A DNA stretch of 64,000 bases from Alkalispirochaeta sp. (lineage in GTDB: Bacteria > Spirochaetota > Spirochaetia > DSM-27196 > Alkalispirochaetaceae), in assembly GCA_965601925.1 (NCBI GenBank), contig OZ271854.1:2240001-2304000 (forward strand), in the 5' to 3' direction. A program made the position numbers and the translations under genes. Of this stretch, positions 50,311-60,354 are shown piece by piece. The notes below the pieces were generated by a model. The model saw nothing but the letters and a program-made list of their open reading frames with translations, made no database searches and was not told the origin of the DNA. Position 1 is the stretch's first letter; the number at the start of each line of letters is the position of its first letter.

Positions 50311-51220
50311 GTTGGCTCCCGCCGTCGACCCTGCGGCATTGGCTGCGGAGATTGCGTCCTGCGAGCGAATCGCCGTGGTCGGTCGACTTGAGGTGTACGA
50401 TTTTGAGGGCGATTCCGCACCGGCGATGATGCGCGAGATCGGGCGTATCCGAGAGCGGGAGTATCGAGCGATCGGTGCGGGTCGGGGCGGACAGATCGAT
50501 GTGGACTCGTACGATACGGCACCCCATCGCTACCGGCAGATCGTCGTGTGGGATCCACAACATCGCCAACTCGTCGCGATGTATCGTTACGCCCGTACCC
50601 GCGAGGTGTTGGAGACGCTCGGCCTCACGGGACTCCGAACCCACACGATGTTTTCTTTCAGCAAGACGTTTGAACTGGGGGTTCTCTCGTCGGCGGTTGA
50701 GCTCGGCCGCTCGGTCGTCAACAGCGAAGCGTCGGCCGCCATCAGAGGGTTGCACGCCGTGTGGTTCGGGCTGGCATCGATCGTGGAGCGCAATCCGTCG
50801 ATCGCGTTTTACTTCGGGAACGTGACAATCCCCGCCACGATGCCGCCGGAGGCGATCGGCCACATTTTGGCAATGCTGCGCGCCGCATGCGCGCCCGGCG
50901 ACGGCCTTGCAATCCACGACGTCGCGGCGCGAGGGAGCGTCGCCCAACCGTCGCTACCGGTCGACGCGGACGGGTACATTCTCGGTGACCATCGCGGTGC
51001 ACTCGCGACCCTTCGGGAACGCCTTGCACCGCATGGGGTCGCACCACCTCCGATCCTCATGTCCTATCTGAAACGAAGCACGCGACTATGGGCCTTCGAG
51101 AGTGCTCGCGACGACGACTTTGGAGGCGCATGGGAGACGGCTATCGTAATGCCCGTAGCGACCATTACCGATGAAGCGAGACGTTTGTTTTTTGGGGACA
51201 AGAAGGGAGCAACGATATGA
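50270..51220 (+). CDS. GNAT N-acyltransferase (OlsB-like)
   Basis: REIGRIRE..YR..G.G, D.YD, YR and ELGRS motifs. Confidence 0.82.
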   Translation: MGNTENATRHPPVELAPAVDPAALAAEIASCERIAVVGRLEVYDFEGDSAPAMMREIGRIREREYRAIGAGRGGQIDVDSYDTAPHRYRQIVVWDPQHRQLVAMYRYARTREVLETLGLTGLRTHTMFSFSKTFELGVLSSAVELGRSVVNSEASAAIRGLHAVWFGLASIVERNPSIAFYFGNVTIPATMPPEAIGHILAMLRAACAPGDGLAIHDVAARGSVAQPSLPVDADGYILGDHRGALATLRERLAPHGVAPPPILMSYLKRSTRLWAFESARDDDFGGAWETAIVMPVATITDEARRLFFGDKKGATI

Positions 51221-51693
51221 GTGATACGACATACTACGACGGTTTTGCCGAACGATGGACGAAGGCCACCGATGTATTGGCTGAAGAGCACGGTGTCGAC
51301 TCGGTGCTCATCATGAAATCGACTCCCACGCACATGGTGACCGCAGCGAGCGGCGGTGCGGCCCGGCACACCTACGTTCCCGGTGGCGCAGGGCCCAAGA
51401 GCGTCGTGCCGGGACACCATAAGCTCTATTGCGAGCAGGTAATCGACACCGATCGAGTGCTCCACGTGCCCGACGCGGCCGCGGACCCCGAATGGCGCGG
51501 AAACGAAGACTTGGTCAAGTTCGGCTTCGGATTCTATTTGGGAGTTCCGGTACACGATAAGAATGGGACGCCGATCGGCACGGTGTGCGCCTTGCACCCG
51601 TCGTCTCCCGGCGACGATGACGCGTTGGAGAGGCTGCGCGCGTCCCTGTCACGGTTGGCCCGTGAGGTGGAGACCGACATCGACCGACAATAA
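51217..51693 (+). CDS. Stand-alone GAF-domain protein
   Basis: LYCE.VI, VPDA..DPEW..N and YLGVPV...G..IGTVCAL. Confidence 0.88.
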   Translation: MSDTTYYDGFAERWTKATDVLAEEHGVDSVLIMKSTPTHMVTAASGGAARHTYVPGGAGPKSVVPGHHKLYCEQVIDTDRVLHVPDAAADPEWRGNEDLVKFGFGFYLGVPVHDKNGTPIGTVCALHPSSPGDDDALERLRASLSRLAREVETDIDRQ

Positions 51694-51806
51694 CGGATCA
51701 AGCGGCCGGTGGGGTCGTGTCGACCGCGTCGTGCGATAGAGCGCGACGTGTCGGTCAAGCGTGCCTACCGTATTGCCTATCTTCGAATGAGCCGTACACT
51801 GTCGGT

Positions 51807-52883
51807 ATGGCTGTGAAAAAAGAGGCTCCGGACATCGATCACATTCGCAATCTCGTGTTTCAAGGCGGCGGCGTACGCGGTATCGCGTACGTCGGCGCCC
51901 TACAAGTATTGGAGAGCGTCGGCGTCACGAAACACATACGGCGGGTGTGCGGTTCCTCGGCGGGAGCGGTTACCGCCGCGCTGTTCGCCCTTTACGAGGG
52001 AGACGTTGCAAAGATTAAGACGGTGCAACAGGATACCGACTTTTCCCGATTTGCCGACGATCCCGGCGGACCGATTGGAGGCATCGTCCGACTATGGCGC
52101 CGTTTCGGGTGGCACAAAGGAGACGCCTTTTCGCGATGGATAGAGGGGCAGGTCCTATCGAGTCGCGGTGTACGACACATCAGTTTTGCCGATCTCAAGA
52201 AACGGAGCGGCATCGATGTGGTCCTGACGGGGTTCAACTACACAAGGGGGCGTACGATCCTCATGTCGAGCGAGACCACCCCCGATCTCTACGTCGATCG
52301 CGCCGTTCGGATTTCCATGTCGATTCCTCTCTATTTCGCCGGGGTTTTCATCGACGGGAACAATTTCGCGCCCGATACCGGTGCGATCATCGGTAATCCT
52401 GAGAATAAAAGGGTGCACGGGAGGCGGCGCGGCCTGGTGGTCGACGGAGGTACGGTAGACAGGTATCCGATTCGTGTCTTTGATCTGCCCCCGTATGCCG
52501 ACCACCCGTTGGACGGCGAAATCATCGTCGACAGCGAAGATCGTAGCGGCCGGTTTAACAAATCGACCCTCGGGTTTCGGTTGTCGCCGCTGCCGGACGA
52601 TGGAGTGCCGATCGTCGACGGGAAGATCGGAGACAAAAATGTAGCGGCGTACGCGATGGGTCTGGTCTCCATACTACATAGTTACGCCAACGATCGCCAC
52701 TTAGATCCCGAGGATTGGCACCGCACCATTCGCATCGAGCCGGACCCGCCGATCTCTCGCATCGATTTCTCTTTGGACCGCGCGCAGCAGAATTCCCTCA
52801 TCCGGAACGGCGTCACAGCCACCGAGAGGTACCTTTCCGATTACAGCACGGAGTGGCGCAACCACCCGCGCTACCGCACATAA
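51807..52883 (+). CDS. Patatin-like phospholipase
   Basis: GGGVRG, GSSAG, SMSIP and DGG motifs. Confidence 0.92.
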   Translation: MAVKKEAPDIDHIRNLVFQGGGVRGIAYVGALQVLESVGVTKHIRRVCGSSAGAVTAALFALYEGDVAKIKTVQQDTDFSRFADDPGGPIGGIVRLWRRFGWHKGDAFSRWIEGQVLSSRGVRHISFADLKKRSGIDVVLTGFNYTRGRTILMSSETTPDLYVDRAVRISMSIPLYFAGVFIDGNNFAPDTGAIIGNPENKRVHGRRRGLVVDGGTVDRYPIRVFDLPPYADHPLDGEIIVDSEDRSGRFNKSTLGFRLSPLPDDGVPIVDGKIGDKNVAAYAMGLVSILHSYANDRHLDPEDWHRTIRIEPDPPISRIDFSLDRAQQNSLIRNGVTATERYLSDYSTEWRNHPRYRT

Positions 52884-53035
52884 AAACCGCAAACGCCGGA
52901 CGCCGCGCATCGGTGCTCACCCGCGGACAGACGCGCCTGCCCTCCGGAGTCACGCGTCGGCTCCGGCACGCCTCACCACACCACGGATTGTAATCTCACA
53001 TGCACGGCACTATATTCAGTGCCGAGGAACACCAC

Positions 53036-54019
53036 ATGAAACGTACTCGACAGTCCCTATCTTTGGACCCCAGAGTCTGGCAACACCCTGCGGATCGTGG
53101 AGCTCTCGCCGCGCTGCAGCGGGCAAAGGGGATCGACGATATCGTGCAGCGCGTCATCGGACTCACCCAGGAGCGGTCGTTGCGACTCATTCACCTCGCC
53201 TCCTCGGTGCGCGTCGGGGAACGGCAGTTCCCGAGGGTACACGAGGCGATGCGCGAAGCGAGCGCGGTGTTCGGCGTGGACGCCCCCGAGGTCTTCGTCT
53301 CTCAGAGCCCTTTTTGGAATGCCGCCGCAATCGGGGCCGACAAGCCGTTCGTCGTCATGCAGAGTAGCTTTCTCTCACAAATAGACGACGACGAGTTATT
53401 GGCCGTCATGGGGCACGAGTTGGGTCACATTCTCTGCGGGCACGTACTGTACAAAACACTGCTGTGGCTGCTCCTCAGTTTCTCCTTCAATCTCATTCGT
53501 ATTCCCGGAGCCAATCTGATACTTGGGCCCGTGCTGCTCGCTTTGCGTGAGTGGGATCGCAAAAGCGAACTCTCGGCCGACCGGGCCGGGCTTCTTGCGA
53601 CTCAGGACGAGGAGCCCAACCATCGCCTCCTCATGAAACTCGCCGGCGGCTCCGATCTGGGGCAGATGAACGTGAATGAGTTCTTCCTTCAAGCCGCGGA
53701 GTACGAGGAAGATGAGAACGGCATAAACCACGTCCATAAGCTTCTGAATATGATGTGGAATACCCATCCTTTTGCCGTGGTACGTCTCAAGGAACTCAAA
53801 ACGTGGGTGGACGACGGTTCGTACGAGGCGGTGCTCTCCGGTGCCGCCGGTCCCGATACACTCGACGACGCCGACGATTTCACAGGCGCTCGCGACTACT
53901 ATCAGGAGCAGTTCGTTCGCGCCCGCCGTAAGGTCGAGGAGACGGTCGGTACGATCAAGGACGAGGCCGTAGAGGCGGCCAAGCAGGTCGGTGATGCACT
54001 ACGGGGACTCCTCTCGTAG
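53036..54019 (+). CDS. M48-family metallopeptidase
   Basis: HELGH, ELSADRAGLL and THP; GAGGA RBS. Confidence 0.9.
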   Translation: MKRTRQSLSLDPRVWQHPADRGALAALQRAKGIDDIVQRVIGLTQERSLRLIHLASSVRVGERQFPRVHEAMREASAVFGVDAPEVFVSQSPFWNAAAIGADKPFVVMQSSFLSQIDDDELLAVMGHELGHILCGHVLYKTLLWLLLSFSFNLIRIPGANLILGPVLLALREWDRKSELSADRAGLLATQDEEPNHRLLMKLAGGSDLGQMNVNEFFLQAAEYEEDENGINHVHKLLNMMWNTHPFAVVRLKELKTWVDDGSYEAVLSGAAGPDTLDDADDFTGARDYYQEQFVRARRKVEETVGTIKDEAVEAAKQVGDALRGLLS

Positions 54020-54085
54020 GGCCGCGGTGCGATTGCCCAGCGGTATCGGTCCCATCCCCAATAGATAACGTGTATGCTCCGGCGA

Positions 54086-54733
54086 TCAATCGGAGCCGTG
54101 CGTCTCCCGCCGCCTATGATAGTAGCGGCTCGCCTTTGATCGATTGCCGCATATTTGCATGGTGCACCACTGTCGGCTTCTGTTTTTGCTCGTATCCAAA
54201 AAAAGATACCCGCATGTCGCGTTCGCGCACCGCTTCAGTCGTCGACGGTCGCCGTCAATGATGAGATCCGCCGCGCCCTTGACGATCGGCTGCAAAAAAC
54301 CGAGCGGAGTGCGCGATACGTCGGGAAAACTCCACCGATGGCCGTGCTCGTCCGAGACTATCTCGATGCGCCGGAGGGACCGCCGCACCAACGCGTTGAA
54401 TCGATCCCACCTCTTCGCTTCGGGCGTTCGCGCGTCGATGATCGCCGCAAATGTCCCGTACAGCGTCTCTCGTGCGACGATTATTTCGCGGTATAACGGC
54501 TCGGTGTCATCGCCGTGCGTCGCCTCGATCAGTCGCTCCGTCGTCGGCGGGTCGATTATACGTACACGCTCGGCCCAGCCCACCGCATCGGCGTAGGTCG
54601 AGAGCCACTCGTATTCCTTCTCGGTCGTGCGGTTATCGACGGTATTCAAGAAATCCATGACAGGGTGGTTACCGCTCAGCGTGATGTGGCCGAACTTCTT
54701 CCGCTTCCGTGCAATCAGCTCTTGTGCGGTCAT
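54086..54733 (-). CDS. ABATE/CGNR zinc-finger protein
   Basis: DFLNT; C..C.YLFLDTSKN.SR.WC.M..CGNR.K. Confidence 0.92.
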   Translation of the reverse strand: MTAQELIARKRKKFGHITLSGNHPVMDFLNTVDNRTTEKEYEWLSTYADAVGWAERVRIIDPPTTERLIEATHGDDTEPLYREIIVARETLYGTFAAIIDARTPEAKRWDRFNALVRRSLRRIEIVSDEHGHRWSFPDVSRTPLGFLQPIVKGAADLIIDGDRRRLKRCANATCGYLFLDTSKNRSRQWCTMQICGNRSKASRYYHRRRETHGSD

Positions 54734-55429
54734 TTCGGCTCACTCAACGTAGCATCGGGTACGATCTCATACCTCAAGATCGGACGATAGTCTCGTCTAC
54801 GCGCTACCTCGACGAATCCGAGCCGTCTGTACACCTCGTCGACGCCCATGAATGCACCGACCGCGGACGTAGCGTGGCGATTCGGATACGCCTCCACAAC
54901 GGTCGCTCCTTCCCTTGCGGCGTACGTCACCGCGTGCCGGACGAGGATCGGAAGTAGGCCGCGGTTCCGATGGGTAGACAACAAGTAAAAGCATACGATC
55001 GACCAAACCTCTCGACCGTCGACGGGTTTCAGAGTGGGGGACCTATTCAACGCGGGGTAATGACGGCGCGGCCCGATCGAACACCATCCTATCGGCTTTT
55101 GATGTTCGTAAAAGAGAACGCCCGGCGTCGTACCGGCGTCGACGATCTTCTTGAAGGCTGCGCGGTTGCCGGCGTTACCATTTTGTTCAAGCTCCTTGCG
55201 GGTAATACGCCAATACATACACCAACAACCGGAGCACGCACCGTTGCGACCGAACACCGTCTTCAGATCGTCCCACCGTTTCGAGTTCAGCGGTCGCGCG
55301 TGCCGATGCGATACGAGCGCTCCGTAGCGGCTCGGCAGGAAGTCGACGCGATAAACGTCGGTCAGTTCGGGAGAGGCGGGGGCGTCCGCAGCGGCTTGTG
55401 ACGTTACGCCGCGGAGTCGGACGATTCAT
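54730..55429 (-). CDS. GNAT acetyltransferase with apparent 5' frameshift
   Basis: PL..KRWDDL..VFG..GAC.GCWC, GWCSIGPR and EAYP; the only RBS-backed ATG (55429) is out of frame. Confidence 0.7.
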
Positions 55430-55466
55430 GATTGTCCTGCGTTCGCGTCGCATTACACTATCTCTT

Positions 55467-55910
55467 TCAATCGTTAAGGTCTGCGGGCGATGTGTCGCCG
55501 AGGGCGGCGGACAGAGCGGCCCAGGGTAGCAGGGCGCAGCGTCTGCGCGTCGGGTTGGTCTTGAGGTGGTCGAATACTTCCAAGGTGGAGAGCGTCTCCG
55601 GCAGTTCATGCTCATCGCTCGCTACGTAGGACTGGAAGACCGTTACCGCCTCTCGTGCGGCGGCTTGCGATAGCCCCCTCACCGCGTCGGTCATGAGAGA
55701 CGCCGAGGCGCTACATATGGCGCAACCGCGCACCCGATAGCCTATCTCATCTATCACGTCGTTCTCTATACGGAGTCCGACCTCGACGCTGTCGCCGCAG
55801 GTCGGATTCGCATGAGACGCCGTATGAGTCGGGTCGTCCGGAAGAACGCCGTTTTGTGCGGAACGCGCGTGTTCGAGTATGATCTCGCGGACGACCGATC
55901 GATCCAACAC
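55467..55910 (-). CDS. SufU/IscU-like protein
   Basis: NPTCGD, GCAICSASAS and R.RCALLPW. Confidence 0.9.
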   Translation of the reverse strand: MLDRSVVREIILEHARSAQNGVLPDDPTHTASHANPTCGDSVEVGLRIENDVIDEIGYRVRGCAICSASASLMTDAVRGLSQAAAREAVTVFQSYVASDEHELPETLSTLEVFDHLKTNPTRRRCALLPWAALSAALGDTSPADLND

Positions 55911-56921
55911 TTAACCGTCTCCCATCCGTTGGTCGTCTGTCCGCGCGACGCCGAGAACCTCGGCTACGACGCTTAAGGCGATCTCCTCGGGGCCTCGCGC
56001 ATCCAAGTCTATGCCGGCCGGCACAAAGAGGGGTTCCGTCGCCGCATCGATGCCGGCATCGGTCAACGCGTCGATCACCTCCAAGGCCCTCTTGCGGCTA
56101 CCGATCATCCCGACGTACGCGGCGCCGGCGCGTAGTGCGTCACGCACGAAGAGCGAGTCCATCGGGTGGTGGCCAGCGATCACGACGATCGACGCAGCGC
56201 GAAAATCGAGATCGTCGTAGCGCTCCGTCACGCACCGACAGCGCACCTGCGAGGGGTACCGCTCGTCCTCGACACGCGGTGAGGCGACGGTTACCTCATA
56301 GGCGATCTGCGCGAACATGCGCGCCAGCGCCTCGGTGATGCGCGTATCTCCCACAATAAGCACCGCTCCCGACGGAGTCGGCGCTCCCGGTGAGAAGGAG
56401 ATGCCCAGGTCTTTTTTTTCTCGCAAAGCGCCCGCATCTCGCTCCCGGCTTCGTGCCACCGCGCGGGCTGCGACGCGATACACGTCTGCGGTCTCCTCAA
56501 TAGCGACGCGTTCCTCGGTCCATTGAGGTACCATATTGAGACTTTCCAAAAGAAATGACAGTTCGGCCTCCCCGCGCGAGGGACGCGGAAGTGTAATCGC
56601 TTCCGGAGGAAGCGACGGCTCGATGAACACATGCATCGTGCCGCCGCACGCGATACCGAGGCCGAATACCTCGTCGTCGAGATCGACCAGTACCGTACGC
56701 GGCACTCTCTCGGCCACGGCGGCCAACGCATTCTCGGAGACGAAGCTTTCTGCACATCCGCCGCCGACCCACCCGAATACGTTGCGCCCCGTCTCGTCGA
56801 ACAGCGCCTTGGAACCGACTCGTGCCGATGCGGAGCCGCGCACTTCCACGACGGTGGCGATTGCGAACGGCCGCCCGGTCGCGGCGCACTCGGCTAAGGC
56901 ATCGAGGAATCGGCGGTTCAT
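55911..56921 (-). CDS. XdhC-family Moco sulfuration/insertion accessory protein
   Basis: GWVGGGCAE, CGG.M.VFIEP, YVGMIGSRKR and P.EIALSVVAE. Confidence 0.9.
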   Translation of the reverse strand: MNRRFLDALAECAATGRPFAIATVVEVRGSASARVGSKALFDETGRNVFGWVGGGCAESFVSENALAAVAERVPRTVLVDLDDEVFGLGIACGGTMHVFIEPSLPPEAITLPRPSRGEAELSFLLESLNMVPQWTEERVAIEETADVYRVAARAVARSRERDAGALREKKDLGISFSPGAPTPSGAVLIVGDTRITEALARMFAQIAYEVTVASPRVEDERYPSQVRCRCVTERYDDLDFRAASIVVIAGHHPMDSLFVRDALRAGAAYVGMIGSRKRALEVIDALTDAGIDAATEPLFVPAGIDLDARGPEEIALSVVAEVLGVARTDDQRMGDG

Positions 56922-57382
56922 GGTGCTCTCCGTTCGGATTCGAAATTCCGTACGCGTGATGTGCCCAGATAGCGCTCCAGTCCGGCGATGCAGGCCGCCC
57001 ACCCGTCCCGATGCATCCGGTGTATCTGCGCTTCGTCCGGCAGTGCGTGGTATAGAACCAGATCGGTTCTTTCGCGTCCCCTCGGGGTCAGCTCGACGGT
57101 CACGACGGTGTCTTGTACCAGATCGTTGCTCCAGGTAAACACGAGGCGGTCCGGAGGGTCGATCTCTCGATATTCGCCCCATTGCGCGATCGACCGTCCG
57201 TCGGGTGCGTGCATCGTGATCGTGTAGGCGCCGCCGACACGGGGATCACCCGAAACGTCTGCGCTCCAGTCGGCACCGGCAAAGAACCATTGCGCCATGA
57301 TTGCAGGGTCGGTGAGGGCGGAAAAGACCGCCTCCGGAAGCGCCGAGAGGCTGCGCTTCACAACGAGTACCGCATCACTCAT
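56918..57382 (-). CDS. SRPBCC/AHSA1 domain protein
   Basis: PE.VF.ALTDP, GEY.EIDPP.RLVFTW and GW. Confidence 0.9.
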   Translation of the reverse strand: MSDAVLVVKRSLSALPEAVFSALTDPAIMAQWFFAGADWSADVSGDPRVGGAYTITMHAPDGRSIAQWGEYREIDPPDRLVFTWSNDLVQDTVVTVELTPRGRERTDLVLYHALPDEAQIHRMHRDGWAACIAGLERYLGTSRVRNFESERRAP

Positions 57383-57758
57383 CGACAGGTCCGCCCATCT
57401 TCGCCACCGACCGTTCGGCCGCGCCGTCGTTCGAACCGATCGAGCGCCGTAGGTACGTGTCGAGTTCGTCCAATCGAGCATTCCAGTGAGCGTGGAGTTC
57501 GCGTATGGTTCGTTCCGCTTCGTCCAGGGAACGTACGTTGATACGGCATCTGATCGTGCGTCCCTCCCGTTCCTTGGTGACCAGGCGCGCGCTTTCGAGT
57601 ATCTTGATGTGCTTTGATACCGCCGCCAGACTCATGGAGAAGGGTCGTGCCAACTCCGATACCGGGGCGGGGTGCTGTGCCAAGGTGCGTAGTATGGCGC
57701 GCCGCGTCGAATCGGAGAGGGCATGAAAAATCCGATCGACCGTGACCTGATCGTTCAC
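57375..57758 (-). CDS. ArsR-family regulator (non-metal type, SRPBCC-associated)
   Basis: FHALSDSTRRAIL, VSKHIKILE.A.LV and W..RLD.L. Confidence 0.92.
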   Translation of the reverse strand: MNDQVTVDRIFHALSDSTRRAILRTLAQHPAPVSELARPFSMSLAAVSKHIKILESARLVTKEREGRTIRCRINVRSLDEAERTIRELHAHWNARLDELDTYLRRSIGSNDGAAERSVAKMGGPVDE

Positions 57759-57776
57759 CCCTCTATTGTATGCGAA

Positions 57777-58211
57777 TCACATTCCTTTGCGTAAGTCCTC
57801 GCCCCCCGCGAGGCGCGAGCGCAGGTTTTGCATGAATAATCCCCACCCCGCCTTGTGCAGGGCGAACGCATCGTCTCCCGCGCCGCCGTCGGCAAATCCC
57901 GAGTGGTGGAGCGTAACGCGAGTGATGGATTCCCCCTCTTCAATCGCAAAGGAGACCGTCGTCGGGCCGGCGCCGAAGTCCCAGTCGTACTCCACCCGTT
58001 CACCGGGACGCAGGGAGAGAAAGGTGCCGGTGCGCTCGTGATCGGTAGTGCCGTCGTCGCGGGCAAACGCGAAGTGGTACGAGCCCCCTTCCCGCACGTC
58101 GGTGCTCGCTCGGGAGGGAAACCACTCTTGGAGTTTGGAACCCTCGGTGAGATACGAATAGACCGTGGACGAGTCCGCCGATACCTGAATCGAATGGCGT
58201 ATCGTTCGCAT
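57777..58211 (-). CDS. SRPBCC/AHSA1 domain protein
   Basis: VY..LT...L..WF, TRVTLHHSGF and GW; AGGAGG RBS. Confidence 0.9.
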   Translation of the reverse strand: MRTIRHSIQVSADSSTVYSYLTEGSKLQEWFPSRASTDVREGGSYHFAFARDDGTTDHERTGTFLSLRPGERVEYDWDFGAGPTTVSFAIEEGESITRVTLHHSGFADGGAGDDAFALHKAGWGLFMQNLRSRLAGGEDLRKGM

Positions 58212-58222
58212 AGAACCTCCTG

Positions 58223-58286
58223 ATAATCAACTGATTGGTTCAATATATCGGAAGGTGTAATAATATTCAACCATTTGGTTTAGTAT
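58223..58286. promoter_or_regulatory. Two related palindromic operators 40 bp apart, probably bound by the ArsR
   Basis: ATAATCAACTGATTGGTTCAATAT and ATATTCAACCATTTGGTTTAGTAT. Confidence 0.7.
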
Positions 58287-58368
58287 TTTCGGACCTGCGT
58301 GAGTCGTCTTGCTCGTCTGAGACGACGATTGACGATGAGGGTGTGATTCGTGCGATGATTCATCCGTT

Positions 58369-58773
58369 ATGGATTTCTTCGTACCCTTCATGGTGCTCTT
58401 GGTTTCGATATTTCTGGCGCGTATTATCAACGAGCGGTCGTATAAGACGATTTCAACGGAGGAAAAGGCGCGTTTAATCGATCTCTTCTCTCGTTCACGT
58501 ATCGTCGGACTCGCAATTATTATCGTCTTGATCGCATTTCTGTTTCTCGCCCCGCAGTGGGGTGTGCTCTCCGCTACGACGACCCTTGCGGTGTACATCG
58601 CATCTCTTCTGGTCTATTTTGCGGCGTTTACGGTGCACTCATTTCGCGTCCTTCGCCGTAACGGATACGAACGCTCTTTTATTCGACTGTACTCTCTCGG
58701 CGTCATCGTGCGATTTGCGGGACTTGCGATATTCTTTGCGATTTTCGCCGGTGACGTTACCAGACTTTTTTGA
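58369..58773 (+). CDS. Hypothetical four-TM membrane protein
   Basis: Four hydrophobic segments; fills the gap between genes. Confidence 0.7.
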   Translation: MDFFVPFMVLLVSIFLARIINERSYKTISTEEKARLIDLFSRSRIVGLAIIIVLIAFLFLAPQWGVLSATTTLAVYIASLLVYFAAFTVHSFRVLRRNGYERSFIRLYSLGVIVRFAGLAIFFAIFAGDVTRLF

Positions 58774-58825
58774 CCGCTCGAAGCGCTCCATTCGGGACAC
58801 TCCTCGAGAAACGGAAGGACTCGGC

Positions 58826-59806
58826 ATGAACGATCGTGTAAATATCAAGAAAATCGACATACTCTCGGACAATTGGTACGTACTCAAAAAGGTAACGTTC
58901 GACTACCGCCGGGGCGACGGATCGTGGCATACCCAGGAGCGCGAGGCGTACGATCGAGGTAACGGCGCCACGATCCTCCTATACAACCGCGAGCACGGTA
59001 CCGTCGTCCTGACGCGTCAGTTCCGCGTACCGACCTACATAAACGGGAATCCTACCGGAATGCTGATCGAGGCGTGTGCCGGACTCTTAGATGACGACGA
59101 TCCCGCAACGTGTATACGGCGAGAGACGGAGGAGGAGACCGGATACGCAATCTCCGGGGTCGAACACGTCGGCAAGGCCTATATGTCCCCGGGATCGGTC
59201 ACCGAGGTCGTCCATTTTTTCATTGCCGAGTACTCCGCGGAGATGAAGGTTCACGACGGCGGCGGACTCGATCACGAGCACGAGGACATAGAAGTGCTGG
59301 AGATACCTTTCGCGGAAGCGACTGCCATGATCGGTCGCGGCGAGATTCAGGACGGAAAGACGATCATGCTTCTCCAGTACGCGCGTATTGCCGGTCTGTT
59401 TCGGGACGCGCCGATCGACCGGCCGCTGCACGTCCTCGTTGCGGGACCGTATCGGTCGGGAACGGGTGATGATCCGGCATTGATTCGGGACAACGTAGCG
59501 TATATGAACCGTGTCGCCCTCGAGGTGTGGGAGCGGGGGCACCTACCGGTTCTCGGGGAGTGGTACGCGCTTCCGTTGATTGAGACCGCCGGCTCCCGTG
59601 AGCCCGGCGATGCGGTTTTTGACCGGATTTTTCACCCCGCGGCGATGCGCCTCGTGCCCCACTGCGACGCCGTGCTGCGCGTCGGAGGTGCATCACGGGG
59701 AGCCGACGAGATGGTGCGTGTGGGCCGCGAACACGGTAAACTCATTTTCCGTGATCTGGGGGAGTTACCCGACCGCGCGGACCGACGAGCCGGCGGCGTC
59801 GGTTAA
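58826..59806 (+). CDS. nudK: NudK-like GDP-mannose pyrophosphatase fused to a DUF4406/nucleoside-deoxyribosyltransferase-like domain
   Basis: [10 protein letters not shown], Nudix box AGLLD...RRETEEETG and [10 protein letters not shown]-terminal VAGPYRSG and CDAVLR.GG.S.GAD.MV. Confidence 0.85.
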   Translation: MNDRVNIKKIDILSDNWYVLKKVTFDYRRGDGSWHTQEREAYDRGNGATILLYNREHGTVVLTRQFRVPTYINGNPTGMLIEACAGLLDDDDPATCIRRETEEETGYAISGVEHVGKAYMSPGSVTEVVHFFIAEYSAEMKVHDGGGLDHEHEDIEVLEIPFAEATAMIGRGEIQDGKTIMLLQYARIAGLFRDAPIDRPLHVLVAGPYRSGTGDDPALIRDNVAYMNRVALEVWERGHLPVLGEWYALPLIETAGSREPGDAVFDRIFHPAAMRLVPHCDAVLRVGGASRGADEMVRVGREHGKLIFRDLGELPDRADRRAGGVG

Positions 59807-60213
59807 TCCGCCGGTACCGCCGCCATTGCATCAATTTCCATCAGATAGTCGGGATGCGCCAACCCCGCAACGAACAGAACGGTAACAAGCGGCGGATTGG
59901 GACGGTCCCCCCATACACGCGTGAAGGCGTCGAATGCCGGCCTCGGATCGGCGCCCTGTACGACGTACACGCTCCATTTCACGATGTGTTCCATCCTCGC
60001 GCCGCCCGCTCGTAGGGCTATCTCCAGATTCGTGAATATCTGCCGGGCTTGTGCTCCGATATCCCCGATACCCACGATCGTGCCCGAAGCATCGACGGCA
60101 TTCTGTCCGCCGACGTGTACATTCCGCACGTGACCCGGGACGACGACGACCTGCGAGTAAGCGGGATTTTTGTGGAGACCCTCGGGATTGAGATACTCGA
60201 TCGCGGTAGACAT
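59803..60213 (-). CDS. RidA/YjgF-family protein
   Basis: YSQVV, GGQ and LAHPD.L.EIDA.A. Confidence 0.9.
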   Translation of the reverse strand: MSTAIEYLNPEGLHKNPAYSQVVVVPGHVRNVHVGGQNAVDASGTIVGIGDIGAQARQIFTNLEIALRAGGARMEHIVKWSVYVVQGADPRPAFDAFTRVWGDRPNPPLVTVLFVAGLAHPDYLMEIDAMAAVPAD

Positions 60214-60354
60214 AGATTTCCTCCCTGATTGTCGGCCTTGGGGTAAGGGTACAATCGGCGCAGTCGGATCGAACAGTAGTCACTTTTTTGTATCTCCGGA
60301 ACGTACATCAACCGAACGGCGACTCGTTCTATCGCCCCCTCGTCGCGGCGCGCG

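Noticed and set aside
51807..52883. Patatin as a CBASS (CapV) defence effector
   Set aside because: No CD-NTase or other cap genes nearby.
53005..53024. CGGCACT-N6-AGTGCCG hairpin next to the M48 RBS
   Set aside because: A single 7-bp stem is too weak to call a regulatory element.
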